Origin: Gemmatimonadota bacterium
Lineage (GTDB): Bacteria > Gemmatimonadota > Gemmatimonadetes > Palauibacterales > Palauibacteraceae
Direction: 5' to 3'
NCBI GenBank assembly: GCA_039587445.1
Contig: JBDHIM010000003.1
Coordinates: 2,239 to 66,238 of the forward strand
DNA length: 64,000 bases
Shown: positions 52,216 to 62,325 of the stretch, in pieces
Layout: each line of letters opens with the position of its first letter
How positions within the stretch are numbered: the stretch's first letter is position 1
The notes under the pieces: model-generated
Database searches by the model: none
Told to the model about the DNA's origin: nothing
The model's input: only the letters and a program-made list of their open reading frames with translations
Translations under genes and position numbers: made by a program

Positions 52216-55115
52216 ACGTTGGCGTGCGCCGCCGCCAGGCGAGCGACCGGGATGCGAGGCGGCGAGCAGGAGACGTAGTCCAGACCGATCTCATGGCAGA
52301 ATCGGATCGAGCCGGCATGGCCGCCGTGCTCGCCGCAGATCCCTACCTCCAGATCGGGCTTCTTTGTCCGGCCCCACTGCACCGTGACGGCCATCAGCCG
52401 CCCCAGTCCAATTTGATCCAGGACCTCGAACGGGTTGTCCTGGAGGATTCCGCGCTCGTTGTAAAGCGGTAGGAACTTCGTCTCGGCGTCCTCACGGCTG
52501 AACGAGAACGTGGCCTGAGTGAGGTCGTTGGTCCCGAAGGAGAAGAAATCCGCCACCTCGGCCAGGCTCTCCGCCCGCAGGCAGGCTCGGACGACCTCGA
52601 TCATCGTGCCGAACTCGAAGTCGATTTCCACCCCGTAGTCCGCCTTCACGGCGGCTTCGGCCTCTTCCACGTACCGTTTCACCCGCATCAACTCCTGGGA
52701 CGTGCACACCTGCGGAACCATGATCTGGGGATGCACCTCGACCCCATCCTTGAGGCATTCAGCCGCTGCCTCGAGGACGGCTCTGACCTGCATCTGGTAG
52801 ATTTCCGGATAGGTGAGGCCCAAGCGCACACCGCGGTGGCCCAACATCGGGTTGGTCTCGCGCAGCGCCTGGGCGCCGCGTAGCAGGGCCTCCTTCCGCG
52901 CGATCACCCGATCGACGCGCCGCACGTCAGCCAGCTCTTTCGCGCCGTCGGAGAACGCGACCGCCTCCTCGGGCGCGTCCGCCTCCAGCACCCTCATGGT
53001 GCTCGTCAACACGTCCATGCCGCGCAACGCGTCACGTAGCTGATGGAGATGGAGGATCTCCTCCTCCAGCCTCTCCTGGGAGGGGAGGAACTCGTGGAGC
53101 GGCGGATCCAAGAGTCGGATCGTCACCGGCCGGGGAGACATCGCCTCGAAGATCCCGCGAAAATCGGCCCGTTGCATCGGCAGGAGCCGAGCCAGGGCCT
53201 CGGCCCGCTGCTCATCATCCTCCGCGACGATCATGTCCAGGACGATCGGAAGCCGCTCGGGCGCGTTGAACATCCGCTCGGTCCGACAGAGACCGATGCC
53301 CATGGCTCCGAACCTGATCGCTCGTGAGGCGTCTTCGGGAGTGTCCGCGTTCGCCATCACATCCAACCTGGCCGCTTCGTCGGCCCAGGAGAGCAGCGTC
53401 TCCAACTCTTCGGAGAATTCGGCCTCGACCGTCGGGACGTCACCGAGATAGACGCGGCCGGTCGCACCATCGATCGTGAGGATGTCACCCTCTTTCACCA
53501 CCATCTCGCCGGCGATTGCCTGAGCACGCTCCTCGTCGACCATGAAGCCTTCCGCTCCGGCCACGCACGGTTTCCCCATCCCGCGGGCGACCACGGCGGC
53601 GTGCGAGGTCCCTCCACCCCGGCTCGTGAGCACGCCCTCGGCGGCGAAGAAGCCGTGGATGTCCTCCGGTTTCGTCTCCTCCCGCACGAGGATCAGCTTC
53701 CTCCCCTGCCGTCCGAGTAGCTCGGCCCGATCCGCGTCGAACACGACCTCTCCGCTGGCGGCTCCGGGCGAGGCGGCCAGCCCCGTGGCCAGAGGGCTGC
53801 CGTCGTAGTCCGGGTCGATCCTGGCGTAGAGGATCTGCTCGAGATCCTCCGGCGTCACGCGAAGGAGCGCCTCTTCCCTGCTGATCAGACCCTCTTCCAC
53901 CATCTCGACCGAGGTCCTCACGCGGGCGCTGGCATTCATCTTCCCGTTGCGCGTCTGCAGGCAGTACAGGGTGCCGCGCTCGCTCGTGAACTCGAAGTCC
54001 TGCACGTCGCGGTAATGCTCCTCCAGCTTCCGTCGCAGGTCCTGGAGCTGGGCGTACATCTCGGGCACTTCGGTGGCCATCTCGCGGATCGGCTTTGGCG
54101 TCCGGATCCCGGCCACCACGTCCTCACCCTGGGCGTTGACCAGGTACTCGCCGTAGAGCTCGTTCTCACCCGTGCCGGGGTTCCTGGTGAAGGCCACGCC
54201 CGTCGAGCAATCGGATCCCATGTTCCCGAAGACCATCGCGACGACGTTGGCGGCAGTCCCGTTAGCCATGTCGGAGGTGATTCCGAACTCGCGGCGGTAG
54301 TCAACGGCTCTCCGCCCCATCCAGGAGTCGAACACGGCCTTGATCGCGACCTCGAGCTGCTCGTAGGGATCGCTCGGAAACGGCCGGCCGGTGTGCTTGC
54401 GCACGACCTGGAGGAAGCGCCGCACGATCTCCTCGAGGTCCTCGGCCTGCAGGTCCACATCGGCGGCGGCGCCGGCAAGCTCCTTTACGGAATCGAACTG
54501 CTCGTCGAAGTGCTCATCCTTGATGCCGAGGGCGACCTTTCCGAAGAGCTGGATGAGGCGGCGATAGGCGTCGTAACCGAATCGCTGATCGCCGGTCTGC
54601 TCGACCAGACCGCTCAAGCTCTCCTCGTTGAGTCCGAGGTTGAGGATGGTGTCCATCATCCCCGGCATCGACATCGCGGAGCCCGAGCGCACCGAAACGA
54701 GAAGCGGGTCGTCGGCACCTCCGAAGCGCCTTCCCGTCGCCGCCTCCAGTCGAGCCATCTGCTCCCGCGCCTGCTCCATGACTCCGGTCGGCAGAGCGCC
54801 TTCGGGGGACTCCAGGTAGGCGAGACAGGCTTCGGTGGTGACGACGAAGCCCGGCGGCACGTTGACGCCGATCCGGGTCATCTCGCAGAGGTTGGCGCCC
54901 TTTCCGCCCAGAAGGCGCTTGTCCTTCCCGTCGCCCTCGGCGAACGACCACATCCACGTCTTGCTCTTCGCTTGCGCCGTGCTGTCCGCCCTATCGGCCT
55001 TATCCGCCATCGCGGTCGTCTCGATCGTCTTTCCGGTCATCGCCATTGGTCCTTCATGTTCGCCGGTCCTGTAACCATTCGTTCCGCTCGCGGCTCTCAA
55101 CGAGAGTTGTAGCAT
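52197..55115 (-). CDS. ppdK: pyruvate, phosphate dikinase (start probably at an internal ATG near 55040-55046)
   Basis: LLGGKGANLCEMTRIGVNVPPGF ATP-grasp N-terminus. GGGTSHAAVVARGMGKPCV phospho-His domain. C-terminal PEP-utilising TIM barrel. Confidence 0.9.
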   Translation of the reverse strand: MLQLSLRAASGTNGYRTGEHEGPMAMTGKTIETTAMADKADRADSTAQAKSKTWMWSFAEGDGKDKRLLGGKGANLCEMTRIGVNVPPGFVVTTEACLAYLESPEGALPTGVMEQAREQMARLEAATGRRFGGADDPLLVSVRSGSAMSMPGMMDTILNLGLNEESLSGLVEQTGDQRFGYDAYRRLIQLFGKVALGIKDEHFDEQFDSVKELAGAAADVDLQAEDLEEIVRRFLQVVRKHTGRPFPSDPYEQLEVAIKAVFDSWMGRRAVDYRREFGITSDMANGTAANVVAMVFGNMGSDCSTGVAFTRNPGTGENELYGEYLVNAQGEDVVAGIRTPKPIREMATEVPEMYAQLQDLRRKLEEHYRDVQDFEFTSERGTLYCLQTRNGKMNASARVRTSVEMVEEGLISREEALLRVTPEDLEQILYARIDPDYDGSPLATGLAASPGAASGEVVFDADRAELLGRQGRKLILVREETKPEDIHGFFAAEGVLTSRGGGTSHAAVVARGMGKPCVAGAEGFMVDEERAQAIAGEMVVKEGDILTIDGATGRVYLGDVPTVEAEFSEELETLLSWADEAARLDVMANADTPEDASRAIRFGAMGIGLCRTERMFNAPERLPIVLDMIVAEDDEQRAEALARLLPMQRADFRGIFEAMSPRPVTIRLLDPPLHEFLPSQERLEEEILHLHQLRDALRGMDVLTSTMRVLEADAPEEAVAFSDGAKELADVRRVDRVIARKEALLRGAQALRETNPMLGHRGVRLGLTYPEIYQMQVRAVLEAAAECLKDGVEVHPQIMVPQVCTSQELMRVKRYVEEAEAAVKADYGVEIDFEFGTMIEVVRACLRAESLAEVADFFSFGTNDLTQATFSFSREDAETKFLPLYNERGILQDNPFEVLDQIGLGRLMAVTVQWGRTKKPDLEVGICGEHGGHAGSIRFCHEIGLDYVSCSPPRIPVARLAAAHANVQSVTR

Positions 55116-55153
55116 GCCGGGTCGGCTAAAGCCACGACAGTGGAGGAAGTCAT

Positions 55154-56353
55154 ATGGAACGGAAACACGTCGTCGTCATCGGATCCAGCTTCGCCGGTTA
55201 TACAGGCGCGCTCGAGCTGCGCGAGATGCTGGGGGACGAGCACGACATCACGGTCATCGACAAGTCGAGCGACTTCGTCTTCATCCCGTCGCTGATCTGG
55301 TACCCCTTCGGGAGCCGGGAGGCGAAGGACATCAGCTTCGATGTCCGGCCCGTATACGAGAAGCGCGGCATCCGCTTCCTTCAGACGCCCGCCCGCGGCT
55401 TCGATCTGGAGAACCGGACCGTCCATACGGGGAACGGCGACGTCCCGTACGACTACCTGCTGATCGCCACGGGGCCCTTTGTGGACTTCGAGGACGTCCC
55501 GGGCCTCGGGCCCGAGAAGAACTCCTGGTCGATCTGCAATCTCGGCCACGCCGAGGAGACGAGGCAAGCGTGGGAGCGATTCCTCGACGATCCGGGACCG
55601 ATCGTGATCGGCGCCTCCCAGGGCGCCGCCTGCTTCGGGGCCGCCTACGAGTTCGTTTTCAACGTCCGCTACCAGCTGAAGAAGAACAAGCTGCTGGACA
55701 AGGCACCGATCACATACGTGACCGCGGAGCCGTTCCTCGCCCACTTCGGCATCGGCGGTCTCGGCAAAGGCCAGATGATGGCGGAGAAGATGTTCAAGTT
55801 CTACGACATCGATCGGCGCACGAACGCGGTCGTGGACGAGGTGCAGCCCGACGCCGTCGTGCTCGAGGGCGGCGAGCGGATCCCGTCGAAGTTCACGATG
55901 ATCATTCCACGTTTTCTGGGGGTGGATGCGGTCCGCAACACTCCCGGGCTCGCGAACGCCAACGGCTTCATCGAGGTGGACGAGGGCTATCAGCACCCGG
56001 ACCATCCGGAGGTCTACGCCGCGGGCGTCGCCGTCCACGTTCCGCCGCCGGAGGAGACACCGATCCCGTGCGGGGTGCCCAAGACCGGATACCCGTCTGA
56101 GCAGATGGCGAAGACGGCCGCCCACAACATCGCCGTCGAGATCACGGGCGAGGGCGAGCGGAAGGAGATGCCGTTCTCGATGATCCACGCCTACTGCATC
56201 ATGGACACCGGCAACATGGGCATGGTGATTCTGGGAGATCAGATGCTCGGGCCCCGACACCTCGAGTTCATCATCCCGGGACCCCAGGCGCACTGGGCCA
56301 AGATCGCCTTCGAGAAGTACTTCATGGCCACCAGGAAGCGCGGCCGCGTGTAG
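55154..56353 (+). CDS. FAD-dependent pyridine nucleotide-disulfide oxidoreductase, sulfide:quinone oxidoreductase-like
   Basis: HVVVIGSSFAGYTGA dinucleotide-binding fold, DYLLIATGP. About 400 aa, as for SQR/NDH-2-like flavoproteins. Confidence 0.65.
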   Translation: MERKHVVVIGSSFAGYTGALELREMLGDEHDITVIDKSSDFVFIPSLIWYPFGSREAKDISFDVRPVYEKRGIRFLQTPARGFDLENRTVHTGNGDVPYDYLLIATGPFVDFEDVPGLGPEKNSWSICNLGHAEETRQAWERFLDDPGPIVIGASQGAACFGAAYEFVFNVRYQLKKNKLLDKAPITYVTAEPFLAHFGIGGLGKGQMMAEKMFKFYDIDRRTNAVVDEVQPDAVVLEGGERIPSKFTMIIPRFLGVDAVRNTPGLANANGFIEVDEGYQHPDHPEVYAAGVAVHVPPPEETPIPCGVPKTGYPSEQMAKTAAHNIAVEITGEGERKEMPFSMIHAYCIMDTGNMGMVILGDQMLGPRHLEFIIPGPQAHWAKIAFEKYFMATRKRGRV

Positions 56354-56401
56354 CTTTCGACCGACGCCCGGGGCCCCGCGGCTCAACGCCGGGTCTCGGG
56401 C

Positions 56402-57493
56402 CTATCCTCCGCCCAAACAGGGTGACCAGGCCGGGAAGTAATCGTTGGCCGGATGGTCGGTCAGGTTGACGGCGGGGGCTCCGTCCATGCCTACGACGAA
56501 CACGTCGGCCTGCTCGTTCGGAATCGCCGTGTAAGCGACTCGGTCCCACCGCGGAGAGGGAGAGCTGGCCCCACCTACCCCCGCGTCGCTGGCCAACGTC
56601 TGCTCATCGAGCGTGTCGAGATCGATGACGAACACCCGCCCGCGGCCCTCGGCCCCTTCTCCGAGTAGCACCGACCGCTGGCCCGGGGACCAACCATGAG
56701 GCTCCCCGGGTCCCGTGGCGATCTGCTGTGGCTCGCCTTCGATCGTGCTCACGATGAACACGGCGCGCCCCTCGGCGAACGCCACCATCCGACCCGCGGG
56801 CGCCCAGACCGGCCTGAACATCCGGTATGCCCGCGATCCGGAGACCTCCACGACCGCCTTCTCCTCCCGCCCATCCGGGGTCACGATCCGAAGCGATGTC
56901 TCGTCGCCCCTTCTGGCGGCAAAGGCGATCATCTCGCCGTCGGGCGACCATTCCGGGAACATGTGGTTTCCCTCGACGTCGGTCAGTTTCTGCCACTCGC
57001 CCCCATCCAGCTCGGCGACGTAGACCGATGTGGCCCCGCCCGTCTCCAGGGCCGACGCGAACGCCACCCGACGCCCGTCCGGCGACCATGAGAACCCCAT
57101 GGCGATCGGGTAGGCGCCGTGTCTCACCAGGTCGCCGCCGTCCGGCTGCACCGTGTAGAGAAAGGCATGGAACCTCAGTGCCGAGAACGGCTCGAACAGC
57201 CTCTCGTCCTCTGAAGTCACCGACAGGAAAGCGATCCGCCTCCCGTCCGGCGACCACTCGACCTGGAGCGCTCCCGGCACGGACACCACCAGCTCCGCAG
57301 CACCACCGTCGGGACTGATAACGTAGATCCCGGGCGCTTCCGTTCGATCCGACGAGAAGGCGATCAGGGTTCGGCAATCCTGTCTGCGCGCCGAAACCGG
57401 AGAGCGCTCCCCGGCCTGTGCGCGCACATCGTCCGGCGTCGTCACGGCGCCCACGACCGCTGCAAGCGCGAGGATTCTTGCGATTCGTATCAC
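56402..57493 (-). CDS. TolB-like periplasmic beta-propeller protein (PD40 / WD40-like repeats)
   Basis: Repeated SPDG motifs (SPDGGAA, WSPDGRRIAF, WSPDGRRVAF, WSPDGEMIAF). GTG start (VIRIARILALAAVVGA signal peptide) follows a GGAGGA RBS. Confidence 0.7.
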   Translation of the reverse strand: MIRIARILALAAVVGAVTTPDDVRAQAGERSPVSARRQDCRTLIAFSSDRTEAPGIYVISPDGGAAELVVSVPGALQVEWSPDGRRIAFLSVTSEDERLFEPFSALRFHAFLYTVQPDGGDLVRHGAYPIAMGFSWSPDGRRVAFASALETGGATSVYVAELDGGEWQKLTDVEGNHMFPEWSPDGEMIAFAARRGDETSLRIVTPDGREEKAVVEVSGSRAYRMFRPVWAPAGRMVAFAEGRAVFIVSTIEGEPQQIATGPGEPHGWSPGQRSVLLGEGAEGRGRVFVIDLDTLDEQTLASDAGVGGASSPSPRWDRVAYTAIPNEQADVFVVGMDGAPAVNLTDHPANDYFPAWSPCLGGG

Positions 57494-57730
57494 GTGCCGC
57501 TCTCCTCCGGCGTGGAGGTTCGATTCAGACTCGACTGATCGCTTCGAAGGTAGAGGGCCGGGCTCCCGAACTCTACCGCGCCGCCCCTCAGCAAGACGCC
57601 GAGGAATCGCTATATTGCATGACACTCGGATCCTTGGCGGGAAGCGTCGCTCGAAGTGCCAGTAAGGGCGCTCAATCCCCGGCCTACCGGCGGACGACCA
57701 CCCAGACACAAGCAAGGTGGAGGTACACAT

Positions 57731-59440
57731 ATGGCGACAGCTACACCTTCATCCATTGGTGGGGGGACGGAGGCTTCAGCGAGCTCCGGCAAGGCGGTGG
57801 AGTGGAAGGGGCTAGCCCCCGGAGTCGTAATCAACACGGCGGCGTGGACGAAGCAGGCCGAGCGTGTTCTGACCCCGGGCGCGGTCTCCCTGATCGCGGG
57901 CCTTCACGGCGCTCTGCAGGAGGAACGACAGGAGCTGCTTCGGGTGCGAGCCGAGCGGCAGCGGAGCTTCGATGAGGGGGCCGTCCCGGAGTACGTCGAG
58001 GGTGACGCAGCCGTGCGAGCGCGCGGAGATTGGACGGTCGCCCCTCTGCCCGACGATCTGCTCGTCCGGCGGGTGGAGATCACGGGGCCGATCAGCGACG
58101 CCAAGATGGTGATCAACATGCTGAGCCGGACCGCGGCGGGCCTGCGGGCGGACGCCGCGATGCTCGACTTCGAGGACTCCATGAAGCCGTCGTGGCCGAA
58201 CGTCATGCAGGGCGTCGAAAACTTGATCGGAGCGGCGGGCGGCACTCTCACTTTCGTGAAGCCGGCCGCCGGTGACCAACCGGAGAAACTCTACGCGCTG
58301 GACCCCGAGGACATGCCCATCCTCATGGTGCGGTGCCGGGGGCTGCACCTCGACGAAGCGAACTTGCAGGTGGATGGTGAGCCCGTCTCGGGAGGGCTGA
58401 TGGACCTCGCGCTCTCCACCTTCCACACGGCACGCAAGCTCCTAGCCCAGGGCAAGACGCCCAAGTACTACGTGCCCAAGGTCGAGCACTACCTGGAAGC
58501 GCGGTGGTGGAACCGGCTCCTCACGCTCTTGGAGAAGGAGCTGGGCCTCCCGATCGGAACGCTGCGGGCCACCTTCCTCATCGAGACCCTGCCGGCGGCG
58601 TTCCAGATGGAGGAGATCCTCTACGAGCTCCGTGACCACGCTGCCGGCCTCAACGTGGGACGCTGGGACAAGATCTTCAGCGACATCAAAGTCCTGAAGG
58701 AGCACTCCGACCGCGTCATGGCCGACCGGGGCTCCATCTCGCTGAACCGACCCTGGATGAAGAACTACGCCAGGCGGCTCATCAAAATCTGCCACCGGCA
58801 CGGCGCGTTCGCCATGGGCGGCATGGCGGCGTTCACCCCCGGCAGCACCCGAGAGCTGAGAGAGGAGCAGACCCGCAAGGTCGTCGAGGACAAGGAGTTC
58901 GAGTTCAGCCTCGGCCACGACGGATGCTGGGTCTCCCACCCCTACTTTATCGGCCCCGCCATGGCTGCCTTCCCGCGAGAGAACCAACTCGAGATCATAC
59001 CCGACGTCGACGACCGACCCGAGCTTCTGCCGGAGTCCACCCCTCCCAGGACGATCGATGGGCTGCGCAAGAACGTGCGCGTAGGTATCGGTTACCAGAA
59101 GGGTTGGAACCAGGATATAGGATGCGTTGCCTGGGACGACTTGATGGAGGACCTGGCGACGCTGGAGATCTCTCGGGCGCAGACGTGGCAGTGGCTGCGG
59201 CACCAGGTGGAGCTCGAGGACGGCCCGCGGGTGACCCGAGAGCTCGTCGGAGAGGTTTTCCGTGACGAGCTCGAGAAGATCGAAGGCGAGATTCGCACGG
59301 CGATGCAAAGCCGCCCGGAGGCGTCTGTGCAGGCCGAGATCTCCCGCTATGCCGCGGCCGCCGCCGACGCGCAGGCGGTCTTTACCGAAGAGGAGTTTCG
59401 GCCTTTCCTTTGCATGAGTTCGGATTTGGTCGGTATGTGA
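57731..59440 (+). CDS. aceB: malate synthase A
   Basis: About 570 aa with malate synthase blocks (LNVGRWDKIFS, active-site regions). GGTGGAGGT RBS before ATG. Confidence 0.9.
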   Translation: MATATPSSIGGGTEASASSGKAVEWKGLAPGVVINTAAWTKQAERVLTPGAVSLIAGLHGALQEERQELLRVRAERQRSFDEGAVPEYVEGDAAVRARGDWTVAPLPDDLLVRRVEITGPISDAKMVINMLSRTAAGLRADAAMLDFEDSMKPSWPNVMQGVENLIGAAGGTLTFVKPAAGDQPEKLYALDPEDMPILMVRCRGLHLDEANLQVDGEPVSGGLMDLALSTFHTARKLLAQGKTPKYYVPKVEHYLEARWWNRLLTLLEKELGLPIGTLRATFLIETLPAAFQMEEILYELRDHAAGLNVGRWDKIFSDIKVLKEHSDRVMADRGSISLNRPWMKNYARRLIKICHRHGAFAMGGMAAFTPGSTRELREEQTRKVVEDKEFEFSLGHDGCWVSHPYFIGPAMAAFPRENQLEIIPDVDDRPELLPESTPPRTIDGLRKNVRVGIGYQKGWNQDIGCVAWDDLMEDLATLEISRAQTWQWLRHQVELEDGPRVTRELVGEVFRDELEKIEGEIRTAMQSRPEASVQAEISRYAAAAADAQAVFTEEEFRPFLCMSSDLVGM

Positions 59441-59553
59441 ACCCGTGGCCCGCAGCCCGCCGGCGCGCGAACGCCCACCACAGGCAGGATCGCCGGGACG
59501 AGCAGTAAACCATTTCCTAGCAAAGACATCACGACCCGGAGAGCGAGATTATC

Positions 59554-60912
59554 ATGGTGGCGAATCCCGTGGAGGAGTTGGTGAAGGACTGGCAAGACAA
59601 TCCGCGCTGGAAAGGGATCGAGCGGCCCTACTCGGCTGAGGACGTGGTCCGACTGCGCGGCAGCGTGAAGATCGAGTACACGCTGGCCAAGATCGGGGCT
59701 GAAAAGCTGTGGAAACACATGCAGGAAGAGCCATACGTCTGCGCGCTCGGCGCGGTCACCGGCAACCAGGCGATGCAGCAGGTGAAGGCGGGCCTGAAGG
59801 CCATCTACTGTTCCGGTTGGCAGGTGGCGGCCGACGCCAACCTGGCCGGCGCGACCTACCCGGACCAGTCCCTCTATCCCGCCGATTCGGTCCCGGCACT
59901 CGTTCACCGCATCAACAACGCGCTCCAGAGAGCAGATCAAATCCACTTCGCGGAAGGCGACAACAGCGTTGACTGGTTTCAGCCGATCGTCGCCGACGCC
60001 GAGGCCGGCTTCGGCGGCCTTCTGAACGCATTCGAGCTGATGAAAGCGATGATCGCCGCCGGCGCGGCCGGAGTGCACTTCGAGGACCAACTCTCATCGG
60101 CAAAGAAGTGCGGGCACATGGGCGGCAAGGTGCTCGTTCACACCTCGCACGCCGTGGACAAACTGATCTCGGCTCGACTGGCCGCGGATGTACTCGGGGT
60201 CCCGACCCTCGTGATCGCCCGAACCGACGCGAACGGCGCCGGGTTGTTGACGATCGACGTGGATGAGCGTGATCGAGAGTTCATCGTCGACGACGAGCGA
60301 ACGCCCGAGGGGTTCTTCCGCGTGCGACCGGGCATCGACCAGGCGATCGCCCGCGGCCTGGCCTACGCGCCGCACGCCGACGTGGTCTGGTGCGAGACAG
60401 CGCACCCGGACCTGGAGGAGGCGCGTCGCTTCGCCGAAGCGATCTACGACGAGTTTCCCGGTAAGCTGCTGGCGTACAATTGCTCGCCCTCCTTCAACTG
60501 GAAGGCGAATCTGGACGACGCGACGATCGCGCAGTTCCAGAGCGAGCTCGGAGCGATGGGATACAAGTTCCAGTTCGTGACCCTGGCCGGCTTCCACTCG
60601 CTCAACTACAACATGTTCGAGCTCGCCCGCGGCTACGGCGAGCGCGGCATGTCCGCCTACGTCGAGCTGCAAGAGCAGGAGTTTGCGGCCGAGGAGGCGG
60701 GTTACACCGCGACCCGGCACCAGCGCGAGGTCGGAACCGGCTACTTCGACGCCGTGAGCGAGGTGATCACCGGCGGAGCCTCCTCTCTGGGCGCCCTGGC
60801 CGGCTCCACGGAGGACGAGCAGTTCTTCGAGGACGAGGAGGAGCAGGAGACCAGGACCCCCGTGAGGGCGCCCGGTTCTCCGTGCGCCGGGCCGCTGAGC
60901 TCACTCGGTTAG
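59554..60912 (+). CDS. aceA: isocitrate lyase
   Basis: [12 protein letters not shown] catalytic signature. Length is 452 aa. Confidence 0.9.
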   Translation: MVANPVEELVKDWQDNPRWKGIERPYSAEDVVRLRGSVKIEYTLAKIGAEKLWKHMQEEPYVCALGAVTGNQAMQQVKAGLKAIYCSGWQVAADANLAGATYPDQSLYPADSVPALVHRINNALQRADQIHFAEGDNSVDWFQPIVADAEAGFGGLLNAFELMKAMIAAGAAGVHFEDQLSSAKKCGHMGGKVLVHTSHAVDKLISARLAADVLGVPTLVIARTDANGAGLLTIDVDERDREFIVDDERTPEGFFRVRPGIDQAIARGLAYAPHADVVWCETAHPDLEEARRFAEAIYDEFPGKLLAYNCSPSFNWKANLDDATIAQFQSELGAMGYKFQFVTLAGFHSLNYNMFELARGYGERGMSAYVELQEQEFAAEEAGYTATRHQREVGTGYFDAVSEVITGGASSLGALAGSTEDEQFFEDEEEQETRTPVRAPGSPCAGPLSSLG

Positions 60913-60930
60913 GCGCCACCCGCAGGCCAT

Positions 60931-60951
60931 GGGGGCGGAGGTTCCGCCCCC
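60931..60951. terminator. GC-rich hairpin GGGGGCGGA-GGT-TCCGCCCCC between the convergent aceA and 60957 genes (no U-tract)
   Basis: Perfect 9-bp stem read directly, 19 nt after the aceA stop. Confidence 0.35.
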
Positions 60952-60956
60952 TCGAG

Positions 60957-61298
60957 CTAGACCGGCAGCGGGACGACCCGCGCGATGATCCCCAGGAAGC
61001 CCGCTACCGCATCCAGGACGGTGCGGACGGCGCCCAAATCCTCCACGGCCTTCTCGAGAGCCGCCCTACCCTGCTCCAGAGATTCCTCGTTCGCCTTCAG
61101 ATCTTCTCGGATCATCCTCAAGTCGGCACTCCCGAGGCGGAGGCGCGCCCTCTGAGCTCGGAGCAGGCTGCGGGCGGCCTCGGAGACTTCCTCCTCAGAT
61201 CTCCCCTCCAAGGCTAGATCCCACTGCGAGGACATCATCGCGAGGATGACTTTCCGGAGCTCGGATACGGTCTGCCTCCGAATCTCGAACGGCCGCAC
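60957..61298 (-). CDS. hypothetical helical protein, possibly coiled coil (113 aa). GTG start is 1 nt after the upstream gene stop.
   Basis: ORF with charged helical heptad-like sequence. Evidently coupled to the upstream lipoprotein gene. Confidence 0.4.
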   Translation of the reverse strand: MRPFEIRRQTVSELRKVILAMMSSQWDLALEGRSEEEVSEAARSLLRAQRARLRLGSADLRMIREDLKANEESLEQGRAALEKAVEDLGAVRTVLDAVAGFLGIIARVVPLPV

Positions 61299-61299
61299 G

Positions 61300-62235
61300 T
61301 CAGCTCGCCTCGGGTCTAGCGACGCTCTCGATCAGGTCGAGAATGCGGTCGATGTCGCTGATGAGGGCCTGCAGATCCGAGATCCCGAGCCGATCTTCGA
61401 CGAGCTTCACGAAGGAGGTCTTCAAACCTGCCGCGGCGTCGGCCGCTGCATCCGCCGACTCGACGGAAACGGCTGCCTTGAGGATCTCCCTTCGGCTCGT
61501 GGGCCATCTGCGGGGGAGCTGGCGGGTGTCGCGGAACGGTCGGACGATCTCCGTCGTCTCAAGGCCAGCGAGAACGATCTCCAAATCGGTTCGCATCTGC
61601 TCGCCGATCGCCCGCATCGCCGCCTGCTGCAAATCCAGCTCACGCTCGATGCTCGATGCATGGGCTTTCAGCTCACGCTCCAGCGCGGCGCGCCGGAAGC
61701 CGGCCAAAGCGATCTCGACGACCACCCCCGTGAAGTCACCGACCTCGCGGCCTCCCACTTTCGCCCTCTTGATCCCCTCATCCAGAGCGCCGAGCGACGT
61801 GACGATCTCCTCCGTCGCCGCGCCGATCTCCGTGGGCGCATCGCTCTCCGCCAGGGCTGCGAGAGCCAGGAAGTAGGCACGAAGGAGGTGCCCGTGCAAG
61901 CGGAGATCCGACAGCAGGCCCAGACGCTCCCTGAGCAGCCTGTTGGACTCGACGAGATTCTTCGCTCGTTCGGCAGAATCGGGCAGTCGTTCCCTGGCCA
62001 CCATGAGTACGTGCGAATCGGCGTCGATAGCGGCATCGCCCGCCTCCTCCAGGAAGGCGTCCGCGGCATCGACGTACGCGACGCCGGCGTCGGCGAATTC
62101 CCTGAATCCACCGACTCTGACCGTGGTCGTGCAGGCGGGGAGGAGTACGGCGGCGAGCATCAGTGCGGAGCTGCGGACGGAACAACCGGCGGACGGGCGG
62201 GACGGCGCGCGGTGTCGAGGTGCACGTAAGCTCAC
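61300..62235 (-). CDS. hypothetical alpha-helical lipoprotein
   Basis: Signal plus lipobox (LLPACTT). 311 aa. No family recognised. Confidence 0.5.
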   Translation of the reverse strand: MSLRAPRHRAPSRPSAGCSVRSSALMLAAVLLPACTTTVRVGGFREFADAGVAYVDAADAFLEEAGDAAIDADSHVLMVARERLPDSAERAKNLVESNRLLRERLGLLSDLRLHGHLLRAYFLALAALAESDAPTEIGAATEEIVTSLGALDEGIKRAKVGGREVGDFTGVVVEIALAGFRRAALERELKAHASSIERELDLQQAAMRAIGEQMRTDLEIVLAGLETTEIVRPFRDTRQLPRRWPTSRREILKAAVSVESADAAADAAAGLKTSFVKLVEDRLGISDLQALISDIDRILDLIESVARPEAS

Positions 62236-62325
62236 ACCATCGGGATGCCCCGACTGATCGAGACCTTACCGTGGTCGGGCCGGCGCCCCTTCCTTCTTGG
62301 GCACAACGCCGGAAAGGGGGAGATC

